A DNA stretch of 64,000 nucleotides from an uncultured Verrucomicrobiaceae bacterium (GCA_964553805.1 CAZKMS010000008.1:399-64398), one strand, 5' to 3'; counted from the stretch's first letter, positions 44,489-54,192 are shown. Notes: a model not told the origin generated them from the sequence alone. Numbers and translations are program-made.

Positions 44489-45311
44489 AGGCGCGAATGA
44501 TGGCGCTGTTGTCGAGCGCGCCGCAGCCCAGGCGCTCCGCTTTTTCAAGAAGACCGCGATGTGCCTCGCTCAGCGGCAGGGGTTTCGCGGAGGCGGCGAG
44601 CATCAGGCGCACGTCCTTGAGATGCTGCGAAAGCCGGCCCTGTGGAGTGAACTCACCGGCGAGCATTTTTTCGCCCTTCACCTCCATGATGCGCGAGGCG
44701 GCGGGACTGGCGCGGAGCACATGCAGGGCGAAGGCAGGGTCAAGTCCGAGTTCGCCCGCCAGCACCAGTCCCTCCGCCAGCGCGGCGCGGTTGAGACCCA
44801 GCACCAGATTCGTCACCAGCTTCATCTTTGCCGCGTCATCCGCGCCGCCGCCGACGTGCAGCCACTGCCCGCCGAAAGCGCGCCAAAGGTCTTCGCAGCC
44901 GCCCGCGAGGTCTGCCGCCCCGCTGACCAGCGTCAGCGCCCGGCCCTGGCGCAGCAGCTCGCTGCTGCCGGAGACGGTAGCAGCCAGGTAATGCGCTTGT
45001 TTCCCGCGCATCAGCTCCGCCATCGCCAGCGCGTCCTGCGGATCGCCCGTGGTGGTGTCAATAATGATCTGCCCGGCTCGAACCGCCGCGCCCTCCAGCA
45101 CCCGCATGGCGATGCGCGAGTCCGGCAGGCTCAGCACGACGCGGCCGCACTCCGCGAACACCTGCTCCGCCGTGGCCGCGCCGAGGCAGCGCTCCGGCAG
45201 CAGGTCCCAGCCAGCCACCTCCATGCCCGCCAGCCCCAGCCGCTCCGCCAGCGCGCCGCCCATCAGGCCCAGCCCGATGAGGCCGACGCGGGGTTCACGA
45301 TCTGAGGTCAT
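44481..45311 (-). CDS. NAD(P)-dependent oxidoreductase, 3-hydroxyisobutyrate / 6-phosphogluconate dehydrogenase-like
   Basis: N-terminal Rossmann motif VGLIGLGLMGGALAERL and a C-terminal helical domain (...KMKLVTNLVLGLNRAALAEGL...). Confidence 0.85.
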   Translation of the reverse strand: MTSDREPRVGLIGLGLMGGALAERLGLAGMEVAGWDLLPERCLGAATAEQVFAECGRVVLSLPDSRIAMRVLEGAAVRAGQIIIDTTTGDPQDALAMAELMRGKQAHYLAATVSGSSELLRQGRALTLVSGAADLAGGCEDLWRAFGGQWLHVGGGADDAAKMKLVTNLVLGLNRAALAEGLVLAGELGLDPAFALHVLRASPAASRIMEVKGEKMLAGEFTPQGRLSQHLKDVRLMLAASAKPLPLSEAHRGLLEKAERLGCGALDNSAIIRAYD

Positions 45312-45384
45312 GACTCATGGAACGGCACCGCCCCCGGATTCTCTGCCAGAGGGAATGCGATTCCTGCCAGGACTTGCGCGCCAA

Positions 45385-46353
45385 TCACTCGCCAGCATAT
45401 GCCCGCCACTGCGCCATGATCCACGCCGCGTCAGGTTTGCCGTCGAAGACGAGCAGGCGGTACTTGGAGACATAGGGCTTGCCGGGTTCGATGGCCCAAT
45501 CGCCATCCTGGGACGGAGCAATGCAAAGCTGCGGGTTTTTCGGATTCAGGCGCAGCGGCTGCGGGAAACGGAAATTCGAAGGATGCATGAGGATCACCAT
45601 GCCGGTCGGCCCGCCATCCACCATGCCGCCGATGTGGACCCACTTGCCCTTGGTGCTGTCGCCTGTCTTGCGGTCATGGCCCTCGCTGGTGAGCATGGTC
45701 ACCGCCTCCACCGGATTCCAAAGCAGATTGCCGCGCACGCCGAGGCCGCCGTAGTGGTATTCGGGCAGCTTGAGCGGCTTGCCGCTCGCGCAGGTTTGCG
45801 TGCTGGTGAGGTCGATGATGTTCGCGAGCGTGCCGTCGAGCGTCTTTTGAGAAACCGCGACCTCCCAGGTTTCATTCAGCACCTTTTCGTCCGGCGCATG
45901 GCTGTGATCGAGAAACAGATGCCTGCTGAGGAAACCGGCGCTTTCGGGACCGTCCCACGTTTTTTCGAGCTTTTCAAAGCGCACCTCGGCGAGGACCTTG
46001 TCGCCGCTCTTGTCCTTGCCGCCGCCCTTGCCCTGGTTCCAGAAATCCGGATGCGAGTCGCCAAACTCCGTCTTCGTCCACGCCATCCAAACGCCGCGAT
46101 GCCAGCGATGATCCTCCGGATGGTTGCCGGTGACGAGCTTGCCGCTTGGAGAGTAAATGGGATGCAGATGGGCGCCGTGTTTGAAGACAGGATCGACGCC
46201 CTCCGGCACCTCGCCGGCTTCCATCTGGTAGTCGCAGATGACTTGCCCGTCGGCGCTGACGCGCAGGATGGAGTCGGTTTGTTCGGTTTTCAGTTCCGCG
46301 GCGAAGCCTGGTCCCACAGTGAGGAGAGCGAAGAAAAGAGGTCGGATCTTCAT
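45385..46353 (-). CDS. PmoA/DUF6807-family protein, secreted
   Basis: Signal MKIRPLFFALLTVGPGFAAE. Motif HPEDHRWHRGVWMAWTKTEFGDSHPDFWN is as I recall for this family. The ATG at 46353 is in frame in track ORF 45385..46569. Confidence 0.65.
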   Translation of the reverse strand: MKIRPLFFALLTVGPGFAAELKTEQTDSILRVSADGQVICDYQMEAGEVPEGVDPVFKHGAHLHPIYSPSGKLVTGNHPEDHRWHRGVWMAWTKTEFGDSHPDFWNQGKGGGKDKSGDKVLAEVRFEKLEKTWDGPESAGFLSRHLFLDHSHAPDEKVLNETWEVAVSQKTLDGTLANIIDLTSTQTCASGKPLKLPEYHYGGLGVRGNLLWNPVEAVTMLTSEGHDRKTGDSTKGKWVHIGGMVDGGPTGMVILMHPSNFRFPQPLRLNPKNPQLCIAPSQDGDWAIEPGKPYVSKYRLLVFDGKPDAAWIMAQWRAYAGE

Positions 46354-46589
46354 GACTGGGTTTAAACGCGCCAGCGGTCGCGATATTCCATTCGAGCGCG
46401 CTCCCGCCACCCCAGCAGAAAAAGACATCTGCGCGGCAAAGCCGCCAAAATCCATGCTTTGCGGCGAAAGAACGGCATTTTTTTCTTGTTCCCTTGCCCG
46501 CAACTGCCTACAAACACGCCTTGCTTCCCGCATGCAGGCGGCAGGCAGGGCATCAACCCTCACTCCCACCCGAACTCAAGCATCCAACC

Positions 46590-48158
46590 ATGTCCGCATC
46601 CACCGAAGGCATTCAACACAACGCATCCCGGCTCCTCTGGGCTGGTTTCATGGCCATCCTGGCCGCCGGAGTCGGCTTCTCCATCCGGGCCGGCCTCCTT
46701 GGACAATGGGCTGAAAAATATGGATTCACCATGACTGAGCTGGGTTTGATCACCGGCGGCGGCCTGGTTGGCTTCGGTGTGATTATTTTGCTCAGCTCCT
46801 TGATCGCTGACGCGTTAGGCTACGGAAAATTGATGTTTATTGCGTTTTTGACGCACCTGATTTCCGCCGTGCTCACCCTGAGCGCCGGCTACGCTTTCGC
46901 CTCGGGGGGCAAGGAGGCCGCCTTCCAGTGCCTTTACTGGGGCATGTTCCTTTTTGCCGTCGGCAACGGCGTTTGCGAGGCGGTGGTCAACCCTCTGGTT
47001 GCGACCCTGTATCCCAACAACAAAGCTCATTACTTGAATATTCTGCATGCAGGCTGGCCGGGCGGCCTGATCGTGGGCGGTTTGGCCTCCTATGCGATGT
47101 CTGGAGCCTTTTCCGGAGGCAAGCCGGTCACGTGGGAAATTCAAATGGCCTTGTTCCTTGTTCCCGTGCTGCTCTACGGAATCATGATCATGGGCCAGAA
47201 AATGCCGAAATCCGAGGCCAGCCAGGCTGGTGTTGGGTACGGTGAAATGCTTTCCCAGCTCTTTCGTCCCTTGATGATCGTTCTGCTCATCTTGCAAGCC
47301 CTGGTTGGTTATGTCGAACTTGGAACCGACTCCTGGATTGGGAAAATTACCGGAGCGATCATGGAGTCCCCGCAAAAGGGGCTTCTGCTTTTCGTTTACA
47401 CCTCGGGGCTGATGTTTGTTTTAAGGTTCTTCGCCGGTCCGATTGTTGAAAAAATCTCCCCGCTCGGATTGCTCTGCCTCAGCGCTGTTCTCGGTTTCAT
47501 CGGCCTGCAACTGCTCGGGGCAGCGACCAGCGTCGTCCTGTGTGTCATTGCCGCCACCATTTACGGCTGTGGCAAAACCTTTCTGTGGCCCACAATGCTG
47601 GCCGTAGTGTCCGAGCGCTTTCCAAAAGGCGGCGCCATCACCATCGGAGCCATTGGCGGAGTTGGCATGCTCTCGGCGGGATTGCTGGGAGGTCCGGGCA
47701 TCGGCTTCAAGCAGGACGCGAACGCCTCTGCGCAGCTCCAGTCTGAAAATCCGGCGGTGTATGAACGCTACAAGGCTGGGAATGAAAACAAATTCCTCAC
47801 CTTTAAAACGGTGGGCCTGGACGGAGCCAAAGTCGGCGTTCTGGAGGATGACGGCAAGGAACTGGCACGCGCGGGGGACATCCTTGCCAGGGAAAATAAA
47901 ACCGATGCCAATCATGCCGCGCTCGCGGAATGGTGGAAAAATGCGTCGGTCACAGCCGAGGCAGACAAGGCGCCCGTCACTGCCGCCGCGCTCCATGGCG
48001 GCCGGATGGCCCTCAAATTGACTTCCTATGCGCCCTTGGCGATGGCCATCATTTATTTCCTGCTGATTCTTTTCTTCAAAGCCACCGGCGGCTACAAAGC
48101 CATTCGTGTTTCAGGCGAGCAAATGACCGGAGGCACAGAAGGCCCCATGGAAGCATGA
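46590..48158 (+). CDS. MFS-type transporter (sugar/FucP-like topology) with a long C-terminal hydrophilic insert
   Basis: MSASTEGIQHNASRLLWAGFMAILAAGVGFSIRAG..., multiple TM segments, ATG at 46590. Confidence 0.65.
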   Translation: MSASTEGIQHNASRLLWAGFMAILAAGVGFSIRAGLLGQWAEKYGFTMTELGLITGGGLVGFGVIILLSSLIADALGYGKLMFIAFLTHLISAVLTLSAGYAFASGGKEAAFQCLYWGMFLFAVGNGVCEAVVNPLVATLYPNNKAHYLNILHAGWPGGLIVGGLASYAMSGAFSGGKPVTWEIQMALFLVPVLLYGIMIMGQKMPKSEASQAGVGYGEMLSQLFRPLMIVLLILQALVGYVELGTDSWIGKITGAIMESPQKGLLLFVYTSGLMFVLRFFAGPIVEKISPLGLLCLSAVLGFIGLQLLGAATSVVLCVIAATIYGCGKTFLWPTMLAVVSERFPKGGAITIGAIGGVGMLSAGLLGGPGIGFKQDANASAQLQSENPAVYERYKAGNENKFLTFKTVGLDGAKVGVLEDDGKELARAGDILARENKTDANHAALAEWWKNASVTAEADKAPVTAAALHGGRMALKLTSYAPLAMAIIYFLLILFFKATGGYKAIRVSGEQMTGGTEGPMEA

Positions 48159-48179
48159 GTTCAACGCTCTAATTGCCCG

Positions 48180-48211
48180 CGCGGCATCCCACCCGGGGTG
48201 CCGCGTTTTTT
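48180..48211 (+). terminator. rho-independent terminator after the MFS gene
   Basis: Stem cgcggca (48180-48186) pairs with tgccgcg (48199-48205), followed by tttttt (48206-48211). Confidence 0.7.
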
Positions 48212-48247
48212 GTTTCCCCGCTCGCCTTCGACCGGCATAATCCCCGC

Positions 48248-48934
48248 ATGAGATTCCTGTGCTGGACTTGCCTCCTTGGTCTGTTCGTTTCCACTGTGCC
48301 GGGAGCGGACGCTGTCAGCTTGGAGGAAACCCGCCAGTTGACCGCGCAGTGGCTGCGGCAGTCCGGCCAGTTCAAGACCCTGGAAATCGACTTTGTACAG
48401 GAGCGCCAGTTGCGGGCCCTGCGCCAGCCCCTCAGTAAGCAGGGCAAACTCTGGGTCGCGCGCGACGGCCGCCTGCGCTGGCAGATCGACGAGCCGCCCG
48501 CCCTGCTGCTGGTGCGCGCGGGCCAGGACGCGCCGCTGCTGTGGATCGACTTCAAAAAACAAAGCTGGCGGCAACTGCGGCCCGAGGACGACGCCTCTCA
48601 GGGCAACGCTCAGGCCATGCAAATGTTGCTGCAATCCCAGGGCGCTGATCTCGCCACCTTTGAAGCCGCCTTCACCCTGCGCGCGGCCAGGCCAGTGGAC
48701 AGCGCGGAGGGGCGCTGGCGCCTCGAACTCGATCTCAAGGACCGGCGTGCCTCGCTCGCAGTCAAAGACGTCTTCTTTGAGATCGAGCCGCGCACCGGCG
48801 CCCTGCACCTGATGGAGTTCCAGCTTCGCGACGGCTCCCTGCTGCGCACCCGCGTCACCCGGGTCGTCAAAAACCCCGCGCTTGCCGCCGTCCTTTTTCA
48901 GCCCGAACTCAGCGGCCTGAGCAAGGCGCCGTGA
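48248..48934 (+). CDS. LolA-like outer-membrane lipoprotein carrier family protein
   Basis: Signal MRFLCWTCLLGLFVSTVPGADA, then ...FKTLEIDFVQERQLRALRQPLSKQGKLWVARDGRLRWQI..., a LolA/LolB-fold pattern. Confidence 0.6.
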   Translation: MRFLCWTCLLGLFVSTVPGADAVSLEETRQLTAQWLRQSGQFKTLEIDFVQERQLRALRQPLSKQGKLWVARDGRLRWQIDEPPALLLVRAGQDAPLLWIDFKKQSWRQLRPEDDASQGNAQAMQMLLQSQGADLATFEAAFTLRAARPVDSAEGRWRLELDLKDRRASLAVKDVFFEIEPRTGALHLMEFQLRDGSLLRTRVTRVVKNPALAAVLFQPELSGLSKAP

Positions 48935-48982
48935 CCGGCTTTTCCTTTGCCAAGCCGCCCGTCCGCGCTCTATGCTGGCGGC

Positions 48983-49702
48983 ATGACCCGGCGCGTGCTC
49001 GTAGTCGAAGACGAACCCTCCATCGCGGAAACCATCTGGTACGCCCTGCGCACGGAGGGCTTTGAAGTGACCCCCGCCGCCACCGGAGCGGAAGCCCTGC
49101 AACAGCTCGAGTCGGCCGCCTTCGACTGCGTCATCCTCGATGTCGGCCTGCCGGACATGAGCGGCTTCGACGTCTGCCGTCAGGCGCGCCAGCACTCGCA
49201 GGTACCCATCCTTTTTCTCACCGCGCGCGATGGCGAGATCGACCGCGTCGTCGGCCTTGAGCTCGGCGCCGACGACTACGTGCCCAAGCCTTTCAGCCCG
49301 CGCGAGCTGGCCGCCCGGGTGCGCGCCATCCTGCGCCGCGTCCATGGCAATGGAAACGGCGCCCAGACTCCGCCGGGCGCGCCCGCTCCGGCAGCCGCAA
49401 ACACGCTCGAGCACGACCGCGACCGCATGATCATCCGCTGCGCCGGCCAGCCGCTGGAGTTGTCCCGCAACGAATACCACCTGCTGCTCGCGCTCATGCG
49501 CCATCCCGGCCGCGTGCTCAGCCGCGACCAGCTCATGGACCTGGCCTGGCCGGATCCCGGCGCCGCCTCCGACCGCACCGTCGATGCCCACATCAAGTCC
49601 CTGCGCGCCAAAATCCGCGCGCTGGCGTCGGACTTTGACCCCATCGAGACCCGGCGCGGCCTGGGCTACGCCCTGCGGGAGGACACCGCCGCCCGCGCAT
49701 GA
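48983..49702 (+). CDS. OmpR-family response regulator (CreB-like)
   Basis: Receiver RVLVVEDEPSIAE...DCVILDVGLPDMSGFDV and winged helix LSRNEYHLLLALMRHPGRVLSRDQLMD...TVDAHIKSLRAKI. Confidence 0.9.
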   Translation: MTRRVLVVEDEPSIAETIWYALRTEGFEVTPAATGAEALQQLESAAFDCVILDVGLPDMSGFDVCRQARQHSQVPILFLTARDGEIDRVVGLELGADDYVPKPFSPRELAARVRAILRRVHGNGNGAQTPPGAPAPAAANTLEHDRDRMIIRCAGQPLELSRNEYHLLLALMRHPGRVLSRDQLMDLAWPDPGAASDRTVDAHIKSLRAKIRALASDFDPIETRRGLGYALREDTAARA

Positions 49703-51147
49703 GGCTCACCCTCGTCAGTCTGGCACTCATCGCCGCCATCGTGGTGGCGGGTTTCGCCCTGCTCATCGATCAATCGTTGCGCGCCCTTTCGCGCGAGGTC
49801 TTCCAGGCCACCGAAGAGGTGCTGGTGGACAGCGCCAACCTGCTCGCCGCCACCGCCGAATCGCATGTCAAGGACGGTCAAATCGATATCGAATGGCTGC
49901 GCGAGAGCTTTCCCAAGGCGCTCGAACGCCGCTTCCACGCCCCCATTTACGAGATCATCAAAAAGCGCGTTGGCTGCCATGTTTATGTCGCCGACCGCCA
50001 GGGCGTTGTGATCTACGATTCCGATGAAGGCAAACTGGAGGGCGCCTCTCTGGCTGGCATGCGCGACGTGGCGCTGACCTTGCGCGGCGTGTATGGAGCG
50101 CGCTCCACCCGTGCCGATGCCGCCTTGGAAAAAAGCTCGGTGCTGCACATCGCCGCCCCCATCCGCGACGGCGACGAAATCATTGGCGTCCTCACGCTGC
50201 GCAAACCCAAGCTGGACCAGTGGGACATGCTGGAGCGCCGCCGCCTGCGCATCATCCTGTCCTCCGCGCTGATCGCGCTCGGCATCCTGCTGTTTTGCGC
50301 CGCCGTGCTCTTCTGGGTGCTGCGGCCGCTGCGCCGTTTGACGGATTACACCCTGGAAGTCAGCGCCGGCAAACGGCCGCCGCTGCCGGAGCTGGGCGGC
50401 GGCATGGAGGTGGGCACGCTTGGCTCCGCCATCGAGACCATGCGCGAGGAGCTGGAAGGCCGTGACTACGCCACCGCCTACGTGCAAACCCTGACCCACG
50501 AGTTGAAAAGCCCGCTGGCCGCCATCCGCGGCGCCGCGGAGCTGCTGCAGGAGCCCGGCATGCCCGAGGCCGACCGCCAGCGTTTCCTGGCCAACCTGCA
50601 AGCCGAGTCCGACCGCGCCGAGCGCCTGCTGCGCCAGCTTCTGCGGCTGAGCGAGGTGGAGCGCAAAAAAACACTGCAGCAGCATGATTCCCTGGACTGG
50701 AGACAGCTCATCAGCGATGCCGTCGCGGAATCCGCCGCGCAAGCCGCTCCCCGGCAGGTGCGCGTTGACTGGGATGCCGCCCGCGCGCCAGCCTGCACGG
50801 TCACCGGCGAGCGCGCGCTGCTGCATCGCGCCGTGCTCAACCTGCTGGAGAACGCCATCGATTTCTCCCCTCCAGGCGGCACCGTGAGCGTGCTTCTGCG
50901 CCTGGAAAAAGGGCGCGCGGTGCTCAGCGTCCGCGACCACGGCCCCGGCCTGCCCGAATACGCCCTGCCCCGCCTCTTCGAGCGTTTTTATTCCCTCAAG
51001 CACCAGCTCACTGGCCGCAAAGGCACCGGCCTCGGTCTCTGCTTTGTCCAGGAGGCCGCCGCGCTGCACGGCGGCGAGATCCGCCTCGAAAACCACCCGG
51101 AGGGCGGCGCGCTGGCCAGCCTTGTTCTGCCATGGGCCTCGCCCTGA
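49699..51147 (+). CDS. two-component sensor histidine kinase (CreC-like)
   Basis: Two TM segments, a HAMP-like region, H-box LTHELKSPLAAIRG, N-box LLENAIDFSP, G-boxes DHGPGL and GTGLGL. The ATG overlaps the regulator stop (49699-49702). Confidence 0.85.
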   Translation: MRLTLVSLALIAAIVVAGFALLIDQSLRALSREVFQATEEVLVDSANLLAATAESHVKDGQIDIEWLRESFPKALERRFHAPIYEIIKKRVGCHVYVADRQGVVIYDSDEGKLEGASLAGMRDVALTLRGVYGARSTRADAALEKSSVLHIAAPIRDGDEIIGVLTLRKPKLDQWDMLERRRLRIILSSALIALGILLFCAAVLFWVLRPLRRLTDYTLEVSAGKRPPLPELGGGMEVGTLGSAIETMREELEGRDYATAYVQTLTHELKSPLAAIRGAAELLQEPGMPEADRQRFLANLQAESDRAERLLRQLLRLSEVERKKTLQQHDSLDWRQLISDAVAESAAQAAPRQVRVDWDAARAPACTVTGERALLHRAVLNLLENAIDFSPPGGTVSVLLRLEKGRAVLSVRDHGPGLPEYALPRLFERFYSLKHQLTGRKGTGLGLCFVQEAAALHGGEIRLENHPEGGALASLVLPWASP

Positions 51148-51154
51148 TCTCCAA

Positions 51155-53029
51155 TTACCGGCTGTTCCCCGGGATCACAGGCAGCACGATGGCGGAGGGG
51201 TGGGCGGCATCGTGACGAATGGTGTTTTCCGCTTTCACCATTCGGCGGTGATCGTTCAAAGGCTCGCCCGTGTTTGGATTCACGTCAAAGCGCGGGAAGT
51301 TGCTGCTGCTGATCTCGACCCGGATGCGGTGGCCTTTTTTGAACACATTGCTGCTGGGGTAAAGCCGGATGGCAAACGGATAAGTCTTGCCAGGTTCCAT
51401 CAACTTTTCCTCCTTCAAGCTGTCCCGAAAACGAGCGCGCACGATGCCTTCGGTGATTTTCAGATCAAACCCGCCCGGCCAATCGGAGCTGGCAGGATAA
51501 ACATCCACCAGCTTGACAGTGACGTCCGTGTCCACAGCGCTGGATGAAGCCCACAGCCTCGCTTCAATTTCCCCGGTCACTTCCACGTCCTGCTCCAGCG
51601 GCTCGGTTTGGAACACCAGCACGTCATTGCGGGCGCTCAGGGGAATCGGACTTTGCCAATTCCAGATGTGCTCGCCGCCACGCTGATCCCAGGCGCCCTG
51701 GAGCATGATGCCATCACCGCTGGAGATATTGCCGCCGATGGTGGGCACCGGATCACGCGGATCAAAGGTGAATGTCGTCGAACCGCCCTTGGCGTCTGGT
51801 TGGACCGTATCCAGCCGGCCCTCCCGGCCGAAATAGAACGAAGTGAGCTGCTGGCGTTCCAAGGGCCAGGCCGCTTCATCCCGCCATTCGCCACCGTGGT
51901 AAAGCAACCCCTTCTCCGTTTTGCGCCCGTCGCCGCCCCCCATGACGAAAAGCCTGACCTTGCTGGCGAAAGGCGCCGCCTTGCCCACGCTGTTGTCCAG
52001 GCCTTTCAACCAATGGTCATACCATTCCAACCGCCAGGCCAGCTCGTCCGGAATCGCCGCAGCCTCCCCGAACTCGACCTGGCCATGATGCGAACTTCCC
52101 TGTTTTCCATGAATCCACGGCCCCATGATCAAATACACATCGCTCTTTAATGCTTTGCTCAGCGCGCCGTAGTTCGCCGTCGTGTTACCCGCCCACGAGT
52201 CATACCAGCCGCCCACCAAATAGGCCGGGATGTCCTTGTAATTCGCCGCCTGTTCCAGGATGTGGTTTTGCGACCAATACTCGTCGTTTTTGCCATGGCT
52301 CATCGCACCGACCAGCCACTCCTCATACTCGGGGGCGAATTGCAATGGCGTGGCGCCCCGGCGCAGCGGCAGATTCGCCAGGTAGTGGAAACGATTGTCC
52401 GCCATCTCCTTCAGCATCGCCGCGGATGCCTCGTCCTTCACTGAGCGGCTGCCACGCCCGGCATTCAGCATGATCCAGTTCCAAAAACGCAGTTCGAAAG
52501 CGCCGGCATTCCGCATCGACTGCACCCCGCAATTCGACACCGCATCGACCGGAATCACCGTGGCCAATTCCTTGGCGCCGGCCAGCGCCATCGCGTGCTG
52601 GGTTCCTCCCACATAGGAGGTGCCAATCATGCCGACCTTGCCGTTGCTCCAGGGCTGCGAGCCAATCCAAGCCGAGCAATCCACCCCGTCGTCGCCGTCA
52701 TCGCTCATCCAATGCCAGATCCCCTCGCTGCCGTAGCGGCCCCGGCAGTCCTGCGCCACAAACACGTAACCGTTCCCGGCAAAGTAGTCTCCCAGCTTTT
52801 TTGCACCGGTTTTGTTGTAGGGTGTCCGGGTCAGGATGACCGGAAAACGCCCCTCCACCCGGCTCCCCGCCTTGGCCGGAAAATAGATGTCCGTCGCCAG
52901 CTTGATTCCGTCGCGCATGGAAACCATGACATCGGACTCCACGACAGGCATCTCATTCCCCGACAGATTGAACCCGCTGACCAGCAGGAGCGCCATCAAC
53001 CCTTTCACTTTGCACGAAAACATCCGCAC
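51155..53029 (-). CDS. CocE/NonD-family hydrolase (S15 X-Pro dipeptidyl-peptidase-like), secreted
   Basis: Signal peptide. PVILTRTPYNK...AQDCRGRYGSEGIW...VGMIGTSYVGGTQ contains the nucleophile elbow. The C-terminal beta-sandwich has ...IRHDAAHPSAIVLPV. Confidence 0.85.
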   Translation of the reverse strand: MRMFSCKVKGLMALLLVSGFNLSGNEMPVVESDVMVSMRDGIKLATDIYFPAKAGSRVEGRFPVILTRTPYNKTGAKKLGDYFAGNGYVFVAQDCRGRYGSEGIWHWMSDDGDDGVDCSAWIGSQPWSNGKVGMIGTSYVGGTQHAMALAGAKELATVIPVDAVSNCGVQSMRNAGAFELRFWNWIMLNAGRGSRSVKDEASAAMLKEMADNRFHYLANLPLRRGATPLQFAPEYEEWLVGAMSHGKNDEYWSQNHILEQAANYKDIPAYLVGGWYDSWAGNTTANYGALSKALKSDVYLIMGPWIHGKQGSSHHGQVEFGEAAAIPDELAWRLEWYDHWLKGLDNSVGKAAPFASKVRLFVMGGGDGRKTEKGLLYHGGEWRDEAAWPLERQQLTSFYFGREGRLDTVQPDAKGGSTTFTFDPRDPVPTIGGNISSGDGIMLQGAWDQRGGEHIWNWQSPIPLSARNDVLVFQTEPLEQDVEVTGEIEARLWASSSAVDTDVTVKLVDVYPASSDWPGGFDLKITEGIVRARFRDSLKEEKLMEPGKTYPFAIRLYPSSNVFKKGHRIRVEISSSNFPRFDVNPNTGEPLNDHRRMVKAENTIRHDAAHPSAIVLPVIPGNSR

Positions 53030-53069
53030 ACTACGGAATCCGGCCGGGTCATCTGTCAGCCACGTCGGC

Positions 53070-54008
53070 TCACAGCCCGGCCAGCCAAAGCGACTTCAAA
53101 TAAGGTGGCGCGGTAAAATCCGGCGGCATTGGCAGCAGGGTCGCGCCATCGGAGGCGCTCCGGCCAGCTCGCGCCATGCCCGTGTCCACTCCTTGCCCGA
53201 ATTCTTCCACGCTCAGCCGGTGCGTGTTGGCGCAGACCAGCAGCCAGCCTCCAGGCGCCACCACGGCCGCAGCAAGCGCCACCAGCTCCGCCAAATCACG
53301 CTCCAGGCGGAACACTTTTTTGCGGGTGCCTCGCGAGAAAGTCGGGGGATCCAGCACCACGCCGTCGAAGGTTCGGCCCTTTTTGGCAAAAGCAGTCAGC
53401 CAGTCGAAGGAGTCGCCGCGAATCCAGTGATGAGCCGCCGCGTCCAGATTGTTGAGCGCGAAATTGCGCCGGCCCCAATCCAGATAACCTGCGCTCAAAT
53501 CGACGCTCGTCGTCACCGCCCCGCCCAGCGCCGCCGCCACGGAAAATGAGCAGGTGTAGGCGAACAGGTTGAGCACACGCGCCGCCGGTTTCGCGGCCGT
53601 GCGCACCCGCCCGCGGTTGTCCCGCTGGTCGAGAAACAAACCGCAGGAGTAGCCCGCCGCCGGTTCGATCTCAAAGCGCATGCCTGCCTCCGTCACCACG
53701 AATCGCTGCGGAGCGTCTCCTGCAATGCATTGCGGTGGCTCCTTGCTGTCGCGGCTCAGTTGTTTTTCCCAAAGCGAGCCGCAAACGCCTTGCTCCGGCA
53801 AATCCAGCCAGGCCCGCGGCACACCGCGCTGCTTGATTTGCGCCAGCCAATGCCGGCCATAGACATCGACGTGGAGCCCGGGCATGCCGTCTCCTTCCCC
53901 ATCCACCAGTCTGAATGCTTCAGTCACTGTGCCCGACCTAGCGAGCAGTTCCTGGCGCGCTTGCAGAAGCGCGATGGGAGAGGCGGGAATCGAAGCGCGT
54001 TCAGGCAC
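53070..54008 (-). CDS. class I SAM-dependent methyltransferase (RlmI/RlmK-type rRNA methyltransferase-like)
   Basis: ...GLFLDQRDNR...VLNLFAYTCSFSVAAALGGA...TSVDLS...FDGVVLDPPTFSR... are typical SAM-binding and catalytic motifs. Confidence 0.8.
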   Translation of the reverse strand: MPERASIPASPIALLQARQELLARSGTVTEAFRLVDGEGDGMPGLHVDVYGRHWLAQIKQRGVPRAWLDLPEQGVCGSLWEKQLSRDSKEPPQCIAGDAPQRFVVTEAGMRFEIEPAAGYSCGLFLDQRDNRGRVRTAAKPAARVLNLFAYTCSFSVAAALGGAVTTSVDLSAGYLDWGRRNFALNNLDAAAHHWIRGDSFDWLTAFAKKGRTFDGVVLDPPTFSRGTRKKVFRLERDLAELVALAAAVVAPGGWLLVCANTHRLSVEEFGQGVDTGMARAGRSASDGATLLPMPPDFTAPPYLKSLWLAGL

Positions 54009-54050
54009 GCTCCTGGTTTGGCCCGGATTGTGAAAACATGCAAATTCAAG

Positions 54051-54078
54051 TTGTCAGGGCAGTCGAATGCGCTAGTCT
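54051..54078 (+). promoter_or_regulatory. sigma70-like promoter candidate for tRNA-Ala(GGC)
   Basis: TTGTCA (54051-54056), 16 nt spacer, TAGTCT (54073-54078), about 38 nt upstream of the tRNA 5' end. Confidence 0.3.
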
Positions 54079-54116
54079 CATGCCCTCCTGAATCGCGTCT
54101 ATGGCGCGGTGAGCAT

Positions 54117-54192
54117 GGGGCATTAGCTCAGTTGGTAGAGCGTCTCAATGGCATTGAGAAGGTCAGCGGTTCGAATCCGCTATGCTCCACCA
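54117..54192 (+). tRNA. tRNA-Ala (anticodon GGC), CCA encoded
   Basis: GGGGCATTAGCTCAGTTGGTAGAGCGTCTCAATGGCATTGAGAAGGTCAGCGGTTCGAATCCGCTATGCTCCACCA forms a cloverleaf with G3:U70 and anticodon loop ATGGCAT. Confidence 0.93.
54180..54192 (+). repeat. att core, tRNA-proximal copy (the last 13 nt of tRNA-Ala)
   Basis: ctatgctccacca, identical to 59683-59695. Confidence 0.7.
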
